A stretch of 64,000 nt of DNA, taken from the NCBI GenBank assembly GCA_045863335.1, contig BTVY01000008.1:101638-165637 (forward strand). Direction: 5' to 3'. A model generated the notes under the pieces. That model made no database searches, was not told the DNA's origin, and was given only the letters and a program-made list of their open reading frames with translations. Positions 52,582-61,043 of the stretch are shown here, in pieces. How positions within the stretch are numbered: position 1 is the stretch's first letter; every line of letters begins with the position of its first letter. Both the position numbers and the translations under genes were made by a program. The stretch comes from Candidatus Hydrogenedentota bacterium. Lineage in GTDB: Bacteria > Hydrogenedentota > Hydrogenedentia > Hydrogenedentales > SLHB01.

Positions 52582-53090
52582 GTCCTACTCCCGTTTCAGA
52601 GATTCAAGGCGAGTGCCCAAACGTATACACGTGCCACTACCTCCGGCGAATCAGCCGGTAATCGTTCTTGCATAAGCACTTAGGCTTTTGCCTCTACTCT
52701 TCAACTCTGTGGGTGCGCTAGACCGTGGAGATGTCTGATACGCGTTACGTCATCGAAAACATCGAGCATGAATCGTGCCATCACGGTGTCGCACCGGTAC
52801 TGAGAATTGGCGGTAGCGCGATACCGGCGATTCGTGAAAGTGCTTGCCATCCTGACGCGGAGGTGCTGGTGACGTATCCCCACTGCCCGGCACCTCACTC
52901 GATACAGGTTTAACCTGATGGCATGGGGCAACTTGCAGGTAGGAAACCTGCCACGATCCGGGACACGTCTGTCGTGAAGATCAAGCCGTGGAGGCCCACG
53001 AATTACGAACGAGACTCGCCGTATGGATGCGTGGGCTTCGGTCCGGCCGAGCGGTTCCTCGCGACCGAACCCTGAACATCAATGCGCAGT

Positions 53091-53110
53091 ACATAATTGT
53101 GCAATGATGT
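53091..53110. promoter_or_regulatory. Imperfect palindrome, candidate activator binding site
   Basis: ACATAATTGTGCAATGATGT, flanked by TGCGCA boxes, about 100 bp upstream of the sigma54 motif. Confidence 0.4.
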
Positions 53111-53207
53111 GCGCAAACTAAAGTAGAATCGACACTTGCTAAATTAGAGCATGCGAAATACCGGGATAATCTGCAGACCTTTCTCCAGAACTGTAACGTG
53201 GCTACGT

Positions 53208-53223
53208 TGGTATCTAAATTGCA
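53208..53223 (+). promoter_or_regulatory. Sigma54 (-24/-12) promoter
   Basis: TGGTAT-CTAAA-TTGCA, exact GG-N10-GC spacing, about 85 bp upstream of the cytochrome ATG. Confidence 0.65.
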
Positions 53224-53307
53224 CCTGCCACCGGGAGTTTGTGCTTTGTATCGTGTTGCGGTTAGCATATCGTCTGTGGGGTGTCCAGGAAAATAGGGGA
53301 AAATTGG

Positions 53308-56181
53308 ATGGTAGAGGCATATTCTGGGGTTGGAGACGCGCAACCTCTGGGGGTGACGGTCTGGATCAGGCGATTCTGGGTTGTAGTTCTCGTAGCGGTT
53401 TGGGGTGCCGGGTTCGCCTATGCGCAAGACGCGACCGAAGAATCCAGCGAAGCCGAAGAAGCCGTCGCGCTCGACGATGAAACCTGCATGTTCTGCCATG
53501 AGGATCCGGAACTGACGAAGACCCTGCCGGACGGCACAGAGCAATCGCTGTTCGTGAATCTGGAGGCGTTCGCGAATTCCATCCACGGCGGGATGGGGTG
53601 CGTGACCTGTCACTCGGACATCGCAGACATTCCGCACGCGGAGGATCTCCAACCCGTCGATTGCGGTACCTGCCACGCCGTTGAAACGGAAGTTTATATG
53701 GGGAGTCTGCACGGGCAGTCGGTGCAGAACAACGACCCCCTTGCGCCGTTTTGTTATGACTGCCATGGCTACCACGATATCCTGCCGCTGGACGATCCGG
53801 ATTCCCGAACCAATCCGATCAACATTCCGCAGATGTGCGGGAACTGCCACGACGAGAATGCCCCGGTGGCGCAGACGCGCAACGTGTCGCAGCACGATAT
53901 CCTCAAGAATTACGAAGACAGCATGCACGCGACGGGACTCTATCAGCAGGGGTTGAAGGTCACCGCGGTATGCACGAGTTGCCACACGGCGCACAACGTA
54001 TTGCCGCATACCGATCCAAATTCGAGCATCCACCGCGAGAACATTACGAAGACGTGCACGCAGTGCCACAGTCTGATCGAGGAAGTGCACCGGAAAGTCA
54101 TCGACGGCAAGCTTTGGGAAGAGCAGCCGGAGGTGATCCCGGTTTGTGTGGATTGCCATCAACCCCACGAAGCACGGCGAATTTTCTACGAAGAGGGCGT
54201 GAGCGACCGGGACTGCATGGCCTGTCACGCGGAAGCCGTGCAGGGCGCGGACGGCACGTTGGCGGCCGTGGACGCGATGCTGTTGGGGAACTCGACCCAC
54301 CAGGAGGTGAGTTGCGCCCAGTGCCACACGGGGATCGAACCCCGGCACCCCGAGCGCCCCTGCGCGACCGTCGCCGAAAAAGTGGACTGTTCGATCTGCC
54401 ACGCCGATCAGGTCGACCAGCACGCGCGCAGCACACACGGTCAACTTCTCGCGCAGGGGGATGCCGACGCGCCACTTTGTCTCGATTGCCATGCGGGACA
54501 TGGCACATTGGCGAAAACCGACCCGGCGTCTCCGACCTACCCGACCAACGTTCCGAATCTGTGCGGACGCTGCCACCGCGACGGCGAAAAGGCGGCGACG
54601 CGCATCGGGCCCGAGTTTGCCGGGATCGTCCCCCAATATACGGAAAGCGTCCATGGCAGGGGGTTATCGGAAAGCGGGTTGATCGGAACGGCGACCTGCA
54701 CGAGTTGCCACACGGCCCACATGCCGTTGCCGCCGGGCGATCCGGAGTCCACCGTGAATCGCGCGAACATTGCCGACACCTGCGGGCAATGCCACGCGGG
54801 CATCGAGAGCCAATTCCTGAGCAGCATTCATTCGACATTGGTCAGCGACGAAGCGCCGGAGGACTTGCCTGTTTGCAGCAGTTGCCACACGGCACACAGC
54901 ATCGCGCCCACGGATGCCGATACGTTCAAGTTGGAGATCGTGGAGACCTGTGGCGAGTGCCACGCGTACGTGACGGAGACCTACTTCGACACGCAGCATG
55001 GCAAGAAATCCAAGCTGGGTTCCGCGTTGGCGGCGAAGTGTCATGATTGCCATGGCGCCCACGACATCCTGCCCCCGACAGATCCGGCGTCTCATTTGAG
55101 CCACGACAATATCATTGAAACCTGCGCGCAATGTCACCCCGGATCCAATCGCCGCTTCGCGGGCTATCTGACACACGCGACGCACCACGACTCCGAAAAG
55201 TACCCGGCGCTGTTCTTCTCGTTCTGGGCGATGACGTCGCTATTGGTGGGCACGTTTGGGTTCTTCGGACTGCACACGCTCATGTGGTTCCCCCACTCTC
55301 TCCGGGAGATTCGAAAGAAACGCGAACTCGCAAAAACCGAGGGCGAAAAGAAACGGGTGATGGTACGCCGCTTCGACCCAATCGTCCGGCAAATGCACTT
55401 CGTACTGATACTCAGCTTCTTCGGGCTCGCCCTAACGGGAATGGTGCTGAAGTTTTCGTACATGCCTTGGGCGCAGTGGCTGTCCGATGCGTTAGGGGGC
55501 GCGCATGCCTGCGGCACGATACACCGCATCTGCGCGGTGGCCATGTTCATCGTCTTCGCCATTCACATCGGATACATCGTTCAGCGAAAACGCAAATCCG
55601 GTTCGACCTGGAAGAGTATCCTGCTCGGCCCCGGCTCGCTGGTGCCGAATTGGCGCGACGTGCAGGAATTCATCGCCACGGTGAAATGGTTCCGCGGAAA
55701 AGGGCCGCGGCCGCAGTACGGTGAATGGACGTACTGGGAGAAGTTCGACTACTTCGCCGTGTTCTGGGGCGTCGCCATCATCGGCTCGACGGGCCTGTTC
55801 TTGTGGTTCCCCGAAGAGTTCACCTTGGTCCTGCCCGGCTGGCTCATCAACGTCGCGCAGATCATCCACAGCGACGAGGCGCTGCTGGCGGTCGGGTTCA
55901 TCTTCACGATCCACTTCTTCAACACGCACTTCCGTCCCGAGAAGTTCCCCATGGACATGGTCATGTTCACAGGCGTGGTACCGGAGGAAGAGTTGAAGGA
56001 AGAGCGCCCGCGGTTCTACGAGCGCTTGAAGGATTCCGGCGAACTGGAGAAACGGCTCACGGAAGACGTACCCGCGAAGGAGTACAAGTTCTGGGCGGCT
56101 CTCTTCGGCGCGGCGGCACTGGTGATTGGATTCGGGTTGGTCCTGCTGATTATCTGGTCCATGGTGTTTGGGTACCGGTAA
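53308..56181 (+). CDS. Multiheme cytochrome c (19 CxxCH) fused to cytochrome b domain, CbcL-like
   Basis: Signal peptide (AYA-Q), 19 CxxCH motifs counted; b-domain RRF..H, HRICA, WTYWEKFDYFAVFWG, IHSDEALLA, IHFFNTH. Confidence 0.92.
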   Translation: MVEAYSGVGDAQPLGVTVWIRRFWVVVLVAVWGAGFAYAQDATEESSEAEEAVALDDETCMFCHEDPELTKTLPDGTEQSLFVNLEAFANSIHGGMGCVTCHSDIADIPHAEDLQPVDCGTCHAVETEVYMGSLHGQSVQNNDPLAPFCYDCHGYHDILPLDDPDSRTNPINIPQMCGNCHDENAPVAQTRNVSQHDILKNYEDSMHATGLYQQGLKVTAVCTSCHTAHNVLPHTDPNSSIHRENITKTCTQCHSLIEEVHRKVIDGKLWEEQPEVIPVCVDCHQPHEARRIFYEEGVSDRDCMACHAEAVQGADGTLAAVDAMLLGNSTHQEVSCAQCHTGIEPRHPERPCATVAEKVDCSICHADQVDQHARSTHGQLLAQGDADAPLCLDCHAGHGTLAKTDPASPTYPTNVPNLCGRCHRDGEKAATRIGPEFAGIVPQYTESVHGRGLSESGLIGTATCTSCHTAHMPLPPGDPESTVNRANIADTCGQCHAGIESQFLSSIHSTLVSDEAPEDLPVCSSCHTAHSIAPTDADTFKLEIVETCGECHAYVTETYFDTQHGKKSKLGSALAAKCHDCHGAHDILPPTDPASHLSHDNIIETCAQCHPGSNRRFAGYLTHATHHDSEKYPALFFSFWAMTSLLVGTFGFFGLHTLMWFPHSLREIRKKRELAKTEGEKKRVMVRRFDPIVRQMHFVLILSFFGLALTGMVLKFSYMPWAQWLSDALGGAHACGTIHRICAVAMFIVFAIHIGYIVQRKRKSGSTWKSILLGPGSLVPNWRDVQEFIATVKWFRGKGPRPQYGEWTYWEKFDYFAVFWGVAIIGSTGLFLWFPEEFTLVLPGWLINVAQIIHSDEALLAVGFIFTIHFFNTHFRPEKFPMDMVMFTGVVPEEELKEERPRFYERLKDSGELEKRLTEDVPAKEYKFWAALFGAAALVIGFGLVLLIIWSMVFGYR

Positions 56182-56312
56182 TGAACGGGAAACGTCTAGC
56201 AACGACACGGTAGCGGCCGCCTCGGATTCGGTTTTCCCTGACAGATCCTCACTGGTGCGTCAGAGACGGTCACTTCCGCGTGTCGTGCATGGGTCTTCCC
56301 TTGGCTTCGAGA

Positions 56313-56501
56313 TTAGGTTCGAGCATACAGGAATGCTTCGCGTACCGCGGCGTTGATCTGAGCTTCGGTCCAGTCCGGGTGCTGCATCCGTAGGCCGGCG
56401 GCCCTCAGTTCGCGGGCCGTGTTGTAAATGCGCTGCGTCGCATCCAGCTTCTGCGCGGGCGTCATGGCTCGAAGTATTTTCCAGTATTCCGAATCGACCA
56501 T
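56313..56501 (-). CDS. Small antitoxin-like protein (Rv0078B-like)
   Basis: RAMTPAQKL...AGLRMQHPDWTEAQI pattern typical of partners of nucleotidyltransferase toxins. Confidence 0.6.
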   Translation of the reverse strand: MVDSEYWKILRAMTPAQKLDATQRIYNTARELRAAGLRMQHPDWTEAQINAAVREAFLYART

Positions 56502-56594
56502 GCCCCTATTGTACCCATCTCATGCTAAACAGAAAACTTTGCGAGAGCGTGATAGAAGGGAACAAGAGAATGAGTGGAGTCCGAGTTTGAGATT

Positions 56595-56632
56595 TGCCCC
56601 CCTCCCCAGCCCTCCCCGTGAACGGGCAGGTA
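56595..56632. repeat. Decayed CCCCCTCCCCAGCCCTCCCC-type REP
   Basis: ccccctccccagccctccccgtgaacgggcagg hairpin. Confidence 0.45.
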
Positions 56633-56645
56633 GCGAGTGGCCAAT

Positions 56646-57545
56646 CTACGCCGTCAATGCGGTCGATTCCCGGAAGGGGATGACGAGGCTCCGGTCGCAT
56701 TCGTGCCCGGCGGCCCCGCCGCCGCTGGGGGTGAGTGAATGCGCCGCGAAGGTCTCATCGCTGAGCCCCGTCGTCGCGATCTCCAAACGGTCGTTGTGGA
56801 CTTCAATAACCCGGTATTCAACAGGATATTCCGCGAGTGCGCCGGTCACGACGTGGACAAGGTGTGAATCCTGAACGGCGTAATGCATGTGGGCATGACC
56901 CGCCATTACCGCGATAACTTGCGGGAACTTCGCCAGGAACTCGCGGAGGATCTGCCCGTTTTCCAAGGATTCTGGTTCGAGCATCCGGTCCCATTTCAGC
57001 CGCCCGGGCAGCGGGACTACCGGGTAGTGCAAAGCGACGACGGTCGGTGTAACGGGATTTAGGGCCAGGTCTTCGCGAAGCCACTCGAATTGGTGCGGGG
57101 GTATCGACCACCGGTACACGGGTCTTGCGTCTTCCCGGTGGGGACACAGGGAGCCGTCATCCCATCGCCACCAGGGATCCAATACTGCGACGTGAAGGTT
57201 CTGATGGGTAAACGAATACACCGTGTCCGGCGTTGGCAGGTGGTCGTGGTAGGCTTCGATAAACCATGCGCGCGCCCGGGGACCTTGAAAGTCCTGGTTG
57301 CCTCCGATGGGATAGTAGCGAACGCCGAGGGAGTCGAGCATGTCGCGCGCTGCGTAAACCGCGTCACGTGATTCGTAGGCGGCGAGGTCGCCCGTGACGA
57401 GGAGGAAGTCCGGGTTCAAGGCCTGGAGGTCGCGGCGCAGGCAGGCGACGATCTCGGGCATCTTGGAATGGATGAGCAGATTGTTGCCGCATCCATCGGT
57501 TTGCGCCGCGAAATGCGGATCCGATATTTGGACAAACTTCCACAC
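56646..57545 (-). CDS. Metallophosphoesterase (CpdA/Icc-like)
   Basis: ISDPH, VTGDL, GGNQD, LHYP, AGHAH. Confidence 0.88.
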   Translation of the reverse strand: MWKFVQISDPHFAAQTDGCGNNLLIHSKMPEIVACLRRDLQALNPDFLLVTGDLAAYESRDAVYAARDMLDSLGVRYYPIGGNQDFQGPRARAWFIEAYHDHLPTPDTVYSFTHQNLHVAVLDPWWRWDDGSLCPHREDARPVYRWSIPPHQFEWLREDLALNPVTPTVVALHYPVVPLPGRLKWDRMLEPESLENGQILREFLAKFPQVIAVMAGHAHMHYAVQDSHLVHVVTGALAEYPVEYRVIEVHNDRLEIATTGLSDETFAAHSLTPSGGGAAGHECDRSLVIPFRESTALTA

Positions 57546-57593
57546 TGGCCTTACCCCGTCCCTATGAGAGGTCCCCGATGCGCTTCAGAACGA

Positions 57594-59267
57594 CTAATCT
57601 ATACCCATTCGCTTCATGGCGCGCCACAGCGTGGTACGTCCGACTCCGAGAATGTTGGCCGCTTCGCTCCGGTTGCCGCGGGTCCGTTTTAGCACCGCGC
57701 GAATCACGTCCGCGCTGAGATCTTGTGGGGGCCTCGCCCAGCGCGCGGCGATGACCTCTTCCGGCAGATCCGCCAAGCCCAACTCCTCGCCACGCGCGAA
57801 GAGCAGCGCGTGCTCGATGACGTTCCTCATCTGGCGCAGGTTACCCGGCCAGGAACACTCACGCAAGACGCGGCAGAACTCGTCTCCCATGCGGGGAACG
57901 TCTTTCTCGTAGCGGTCACAGGATTCGTTCAGGAAGGTCTGGGCCAGCCGGAGAATATCTTCGCCTCGCGCCCGCAACGGGGGCACGTCGATGCGTCCGA
58001 CGGCGAGCGCGTAGTAGAGATCTTCGCGCAATTCCCCTGTGGCAAGCTTGTCGAGCGGGTCGAACTGAGTCGCGGCGATGATGCGCACGTCGATCGGGAT
58101 GGTCTGACTGGCGCCCAGCGGCGTGATTTCGCGGTGTTCGATGGCGCGAAACAGCAGGCCCTGGGTTTCGGAGGACAAGGCGGAGACCTCGTCGAAATAG
58201 ATGGTGCCTTCATTCGCGCGCGCCAACAATCCGTCGTAGGCGCGAACCGCACCCGGAAACGCGCCGGGCACGTATCCGGCAAGTTCCTGGAGGACCGTGG
58301 AAGGATTCAGCCCGCGGCAGTCAACAATCTCGAATGGGCCGTCCCGGCGGGGACCGCCGTGATGAATGGCGCGCGCGAGACTGGCGCGCCCCGTTCCCGA
58401 CTCGCCCACCATGAGGATCGGCACGGAGGTCTGCGCGACCTGACGGGCCCGTGTCTCCACCGGGGACATCACTTCGGAGCCCATGATGAGATTGTCCAGC
58501 AGGAGTTCCGTCTTCAACCGCCGGGTCACAGACGCCAACGCGCTCTGGGCGTTGCGCGCGGCGCGCTGGGCCGTATCGACCATGTCGTCGCGCCGCTTCA
58601 GTTCGGCTTCGACGGATTCGGTGCGCAAGGCCTGGCGCGCCCACATGGCGTCGTCGGCGGACCACTCCGCATCCAGGCGAGAAATGAACCGGCAGCAGTC
58701 GTCGCCGGCATTCACGCAGGATTGCTCCAGGGAGATCACCGCGCGGCCCAGGATTTCACTGACATGACCGGACAGGTAGCCGGAGGTTTCCCAACAGATG
58801 CATCCGCGAACGTCGTCGCGAACCATCTGGTGGGCGACTGCTTCGTGACTATTGTGCAGGACGACTTCGCGATAGAGCGTTCCGGCGTCGAGGTCGAACT
58901 CGAATCGCACCGGCTCTGCCACGTAGCGGCCCTGGAGCTGGCCGAAGACCGTGGCGGCCTGAAGCGCGAGTCGCGCATTGCCGTCGTACTGGGCCATGTG
59001 ACGGGTTGCATCGCGGCGGCCCCGTTCAAACCCGATGCGAAAACATAGCGCACGCGCGCGGTCGTGCCCCAACAGATCGAGAAACTGGCGGCGGGCTACG
59101 GCGACGGATTCGATGTCGGCAAAGATACCGTGCCGATTCATCATGGCCACGCGGCCGGCGCTGGGGGCGGATTCAAACCAGGTCGCGCGGTTGGCTTCGA
59201 GGTAGTGGGCAAGCACCGGCGGCAAATCGAGGAAGACCTGAGCGCTAAGCTTGTTTGGACGCACCAT
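57594..59267 (-). CDS. XylR-N/V4R sigma54-interacting regulator with degenerate AAA+ motifs
   Basis: V4R (SHEA..H, CW..SGYLSG, E.SC...GD.CCRF), GESGTGR, GAFPGA, WPGNLRQ, Fis HTH. Confidence 0.88.
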   Translation of the reverse strand: MVRPNKLSAQVFLDLPPVLAHYLEANRATWFESAPSAGRVAMMNRHGIFADIESVAVARRQFLDLLGHDRARALCFRIGFERGRRDATRHMAQYDGNARLALQAATVFGQLQGRYVAEPVRFEFDLDAGTLYREVVLHNSHEAVAHQMVRDDVRGCICWETSGYLSGHVSEILGRAVISLEQSCVNAGDDCCRFISRLDAEWSADDAMWARQALRTESVEAELKRRDDMVDTAQRAARNAQSALASVTRRLKTELLLDNLIMGSEVMSPVETRARQVAQTSVPILMVGESGTGRASLARAIHHGGPRRDGPFEIVDCRGLNPSTVLQELAGYVPGAFPGAVRAYDGLLARANEGTIYFDEVSALSSETQGLLFRAIEHREITPLGASQTIPIDVRIIAATQFDPLDKLATGELREDLYYALAVGRIDVPPLRARGEDILRLAQTFLNESCDRYEKDVPRMGDEFCRVLRECSWPGNLRQMRNVIEHALLFARGEELGLADLPEEVIAARWARPPQDLSADVIRAVLKRTRGNRSEAANILGVGRTTLWRAMKRMGID

Positions 59268-59531
59268 GGATAAAAGGCTCCATTCCCAAGTAGAGCTGAC
59301 GGAAAATTGAACCGACCTGTGTGATCACTACGGGCCTGAGCCAGGGGCAGTGGATGGATTCGAAGCGGAAGACGCACCGGTTCCGTAGTCGAACCCCGAA
59401 ATCACAACGGTACATGGCGGGAGACGGTAATCCCGCAGGTCCCTGGCCTAGCTCGTGGAAGCTAGGGTATCGAAAACACACCAGGAAGGCAAGTGTTTCA
59501 CCTGAAACGTACCCTGCCAAATGGCGGAGCC

Positions 59532-60404
59532 CTAGGAAGGATCCGCCGAGGCCGGAGGCTGGCCAATCCCCGCTTTGCGAAGGGCGACGAACAGGAATGC
59601 GCCGATGGCGAAGGCGATGATGCTGAAGATCTGCTGATCCGTCAGATTGAGAAGGTGGGTAGGGTTGTGATCGCCTCGGATCATCTCCATGAAGAAGCGG
59701 AAGATGCCATAGAGCATGAAGTACAAGGCGAAGATGGAGCCCTGGAATGGCCTCCAGTGATTGCGAAGGTACACGAGGAGGATGCACAGGGCGGTCAATC
59801 CGACGGCGCTGTACAACTGCGTCGGATGGACGGGATAGGACCATTGGTCAACGCTGGTGTCGAAGTGGTAGCGTTGCGCGTGATCGATGTAGACAGGCGA
59901 CCCCTCGAAGGTAAACGGTTTCGACGTGTCGAAGGGAATCCGCGGGAAGGACACGCCCCAGGGAAGGTCGGTGCGTTGACCGTAGCAACATCCATTGAGA
60001 AAGCAGCCGATACGGCCGACTGCGTGACCGAGCGCCGCGTAGGGAGACACGACATCGAGGAGATTCCAGAAGCCCATACCGTAGCGTCGCGAGTAGTAAT
60101 ACAAGACCGCAAGCGCCGGTGGAATGGCGCCCTGAAAGACGAGGCCGCCTTTCCAGATGGCGATCCACTCGATGGGACGGGACCAACTGAACTCATCGTG
60201 AAACATGATGATATAGAGCAAGCGAGTACCGGCGATCCCGGAAAGCAGGAGCCAGAAGGCCATGTCACTCAGGCGATCGGGGTCGAGTCCGAAACGGGGG
60301 GCATCGCGGCGCACGAAGTAGAGGGCCAGGAGAAAACCTATGGCCATCATGAGGCCATAGGAATGGATGGGTACAGGACCAATCTTGAAGAGCGTAGGGA
60401 GCAT
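59532..60404 (-). CDS. lgt: Prolipoprotein diacylglyceryl transferase
   Basis: IHSYG, IWKGGLVFQG, GRIGCFLNGCCYG, HPTQLY, RFFMEMIR. Confidence 0.93.
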   Translation of the reverse strand: MLPTLFKIGPVPIHSYGLMMAIGFLLALYFVRRDAPRFGLDPDRLSDMAFWLLLSGIAGTRLLYIIMFHDEFSWSRPIEWIAIWKGGLVFQGAIPPALAVLYYYSRRYGMGFWNLLDVVSPYAALGHAVGRIGCFLNGCCYGQRTDLPWGVSFPRIPFDTSKPFTFEGSPVYIDHAQRYHFDTSVDQWSYPVHPTQLYSAVGLTALCILLVYLRNHWRPFQGSIFALYFMLYGIFRFFMEMIRGDHNPTHLLNLTDQQIFSIIAFAIGAFLFVALRKAGIGQPPASADPS

Positions 60405-60674
60405 GCAATTCCTCGGAACTGTCCGGACTCCGCCAGGCCATCGTTACCAACACAACGCAACAAACAAGGCCGGCGTATCGGTCCGGCCGCTTGCAGAACC
60501 CTTTTGCAGGGGAATTGGGGCAGCACGAGCGAAGATTAGCGGACACTCTCCCCCATGCACTTCTTGTCCCGGTACCGCGGACCCGCTGCCGGCAATCGAG
60601 ATTGGGACAATCAAATTTGCGGCCGTAGAAGAAACCGGGCCTCTCGATCGCGGTCTAAACGGCGCACGACCGGG

Positions 60675-61043
60675 CTACAGGCTTCCGTGTTTCTCGATCT
60701 TCGTCTGACACGCGATGCAATAGCGCGCTGAGGGAAACACCTCCAGCCGCTTGCGTGGGATCTCCTGGTCGCACCCTTCGCAATCGCCGTACTTGCCGTC
60801 TTTGATCCGTCGCAACGCGTCGGACACATCCTGGAGCAATGCAGATTCGCCGCTGGCGATACTCAACGCGGTTTCACGCTCGAAGTTATCCGTGCCGACT
60901 TCCGCGTAGCTGGACACGTCCGCGGTCTGGTCGCTCGCGGGCTGATAGAGGGTTTCCTCTTCCAGGCGCTGAATTCCCGAAACGAGCCGGTCGCGTTCGG
61001 CGTAGAGCAGCTTTTCGAATTTCTTCGCATCCCGTTTGTTCAT
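60675..61043 (-). CDS. TraR/DksA C4-type zinc finger protein
   Basis: DALRRIKDGKYGDCEGC...IPRKRL..P.ARYCIACQ. Confidence 0.92.
   Translation of the reverse strand: MNKRDAKKFEKLLYAERDRLVSGIQRLEEETLYQPASDQTADVSSYAEVGTDNFERETALSIASGESALLQDVSDALRRIKDGKYGDCEGCDQEIPRKRLEVFPSARYCIACQTKIEKHGSL

Noticed and set aside
52617-52636. TGGCAC on the minus strand as sigma54 promoter of the 11-heme gene
   Set aside because: The -12 position reads TACG, without the required GC
52919-52938. TGGCAT...TTGCA as another sigma54 promoter
   Set aside because: GG-to-GC spacing is 13 nt, not 10
52981-54654. Long antisense ORFs (also 6031-7455, 11869-13275, 57723-59048, 61446-62546)
   Set aside because: Shadow frames of well-supported genes in high-GC DNA; no recognisable domains
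59311-59515. 6S RNA, T-box or riboswitch assignment
   Set aside because: No diagnostic conserved motifs recognised; kept only as an unassigned structured region
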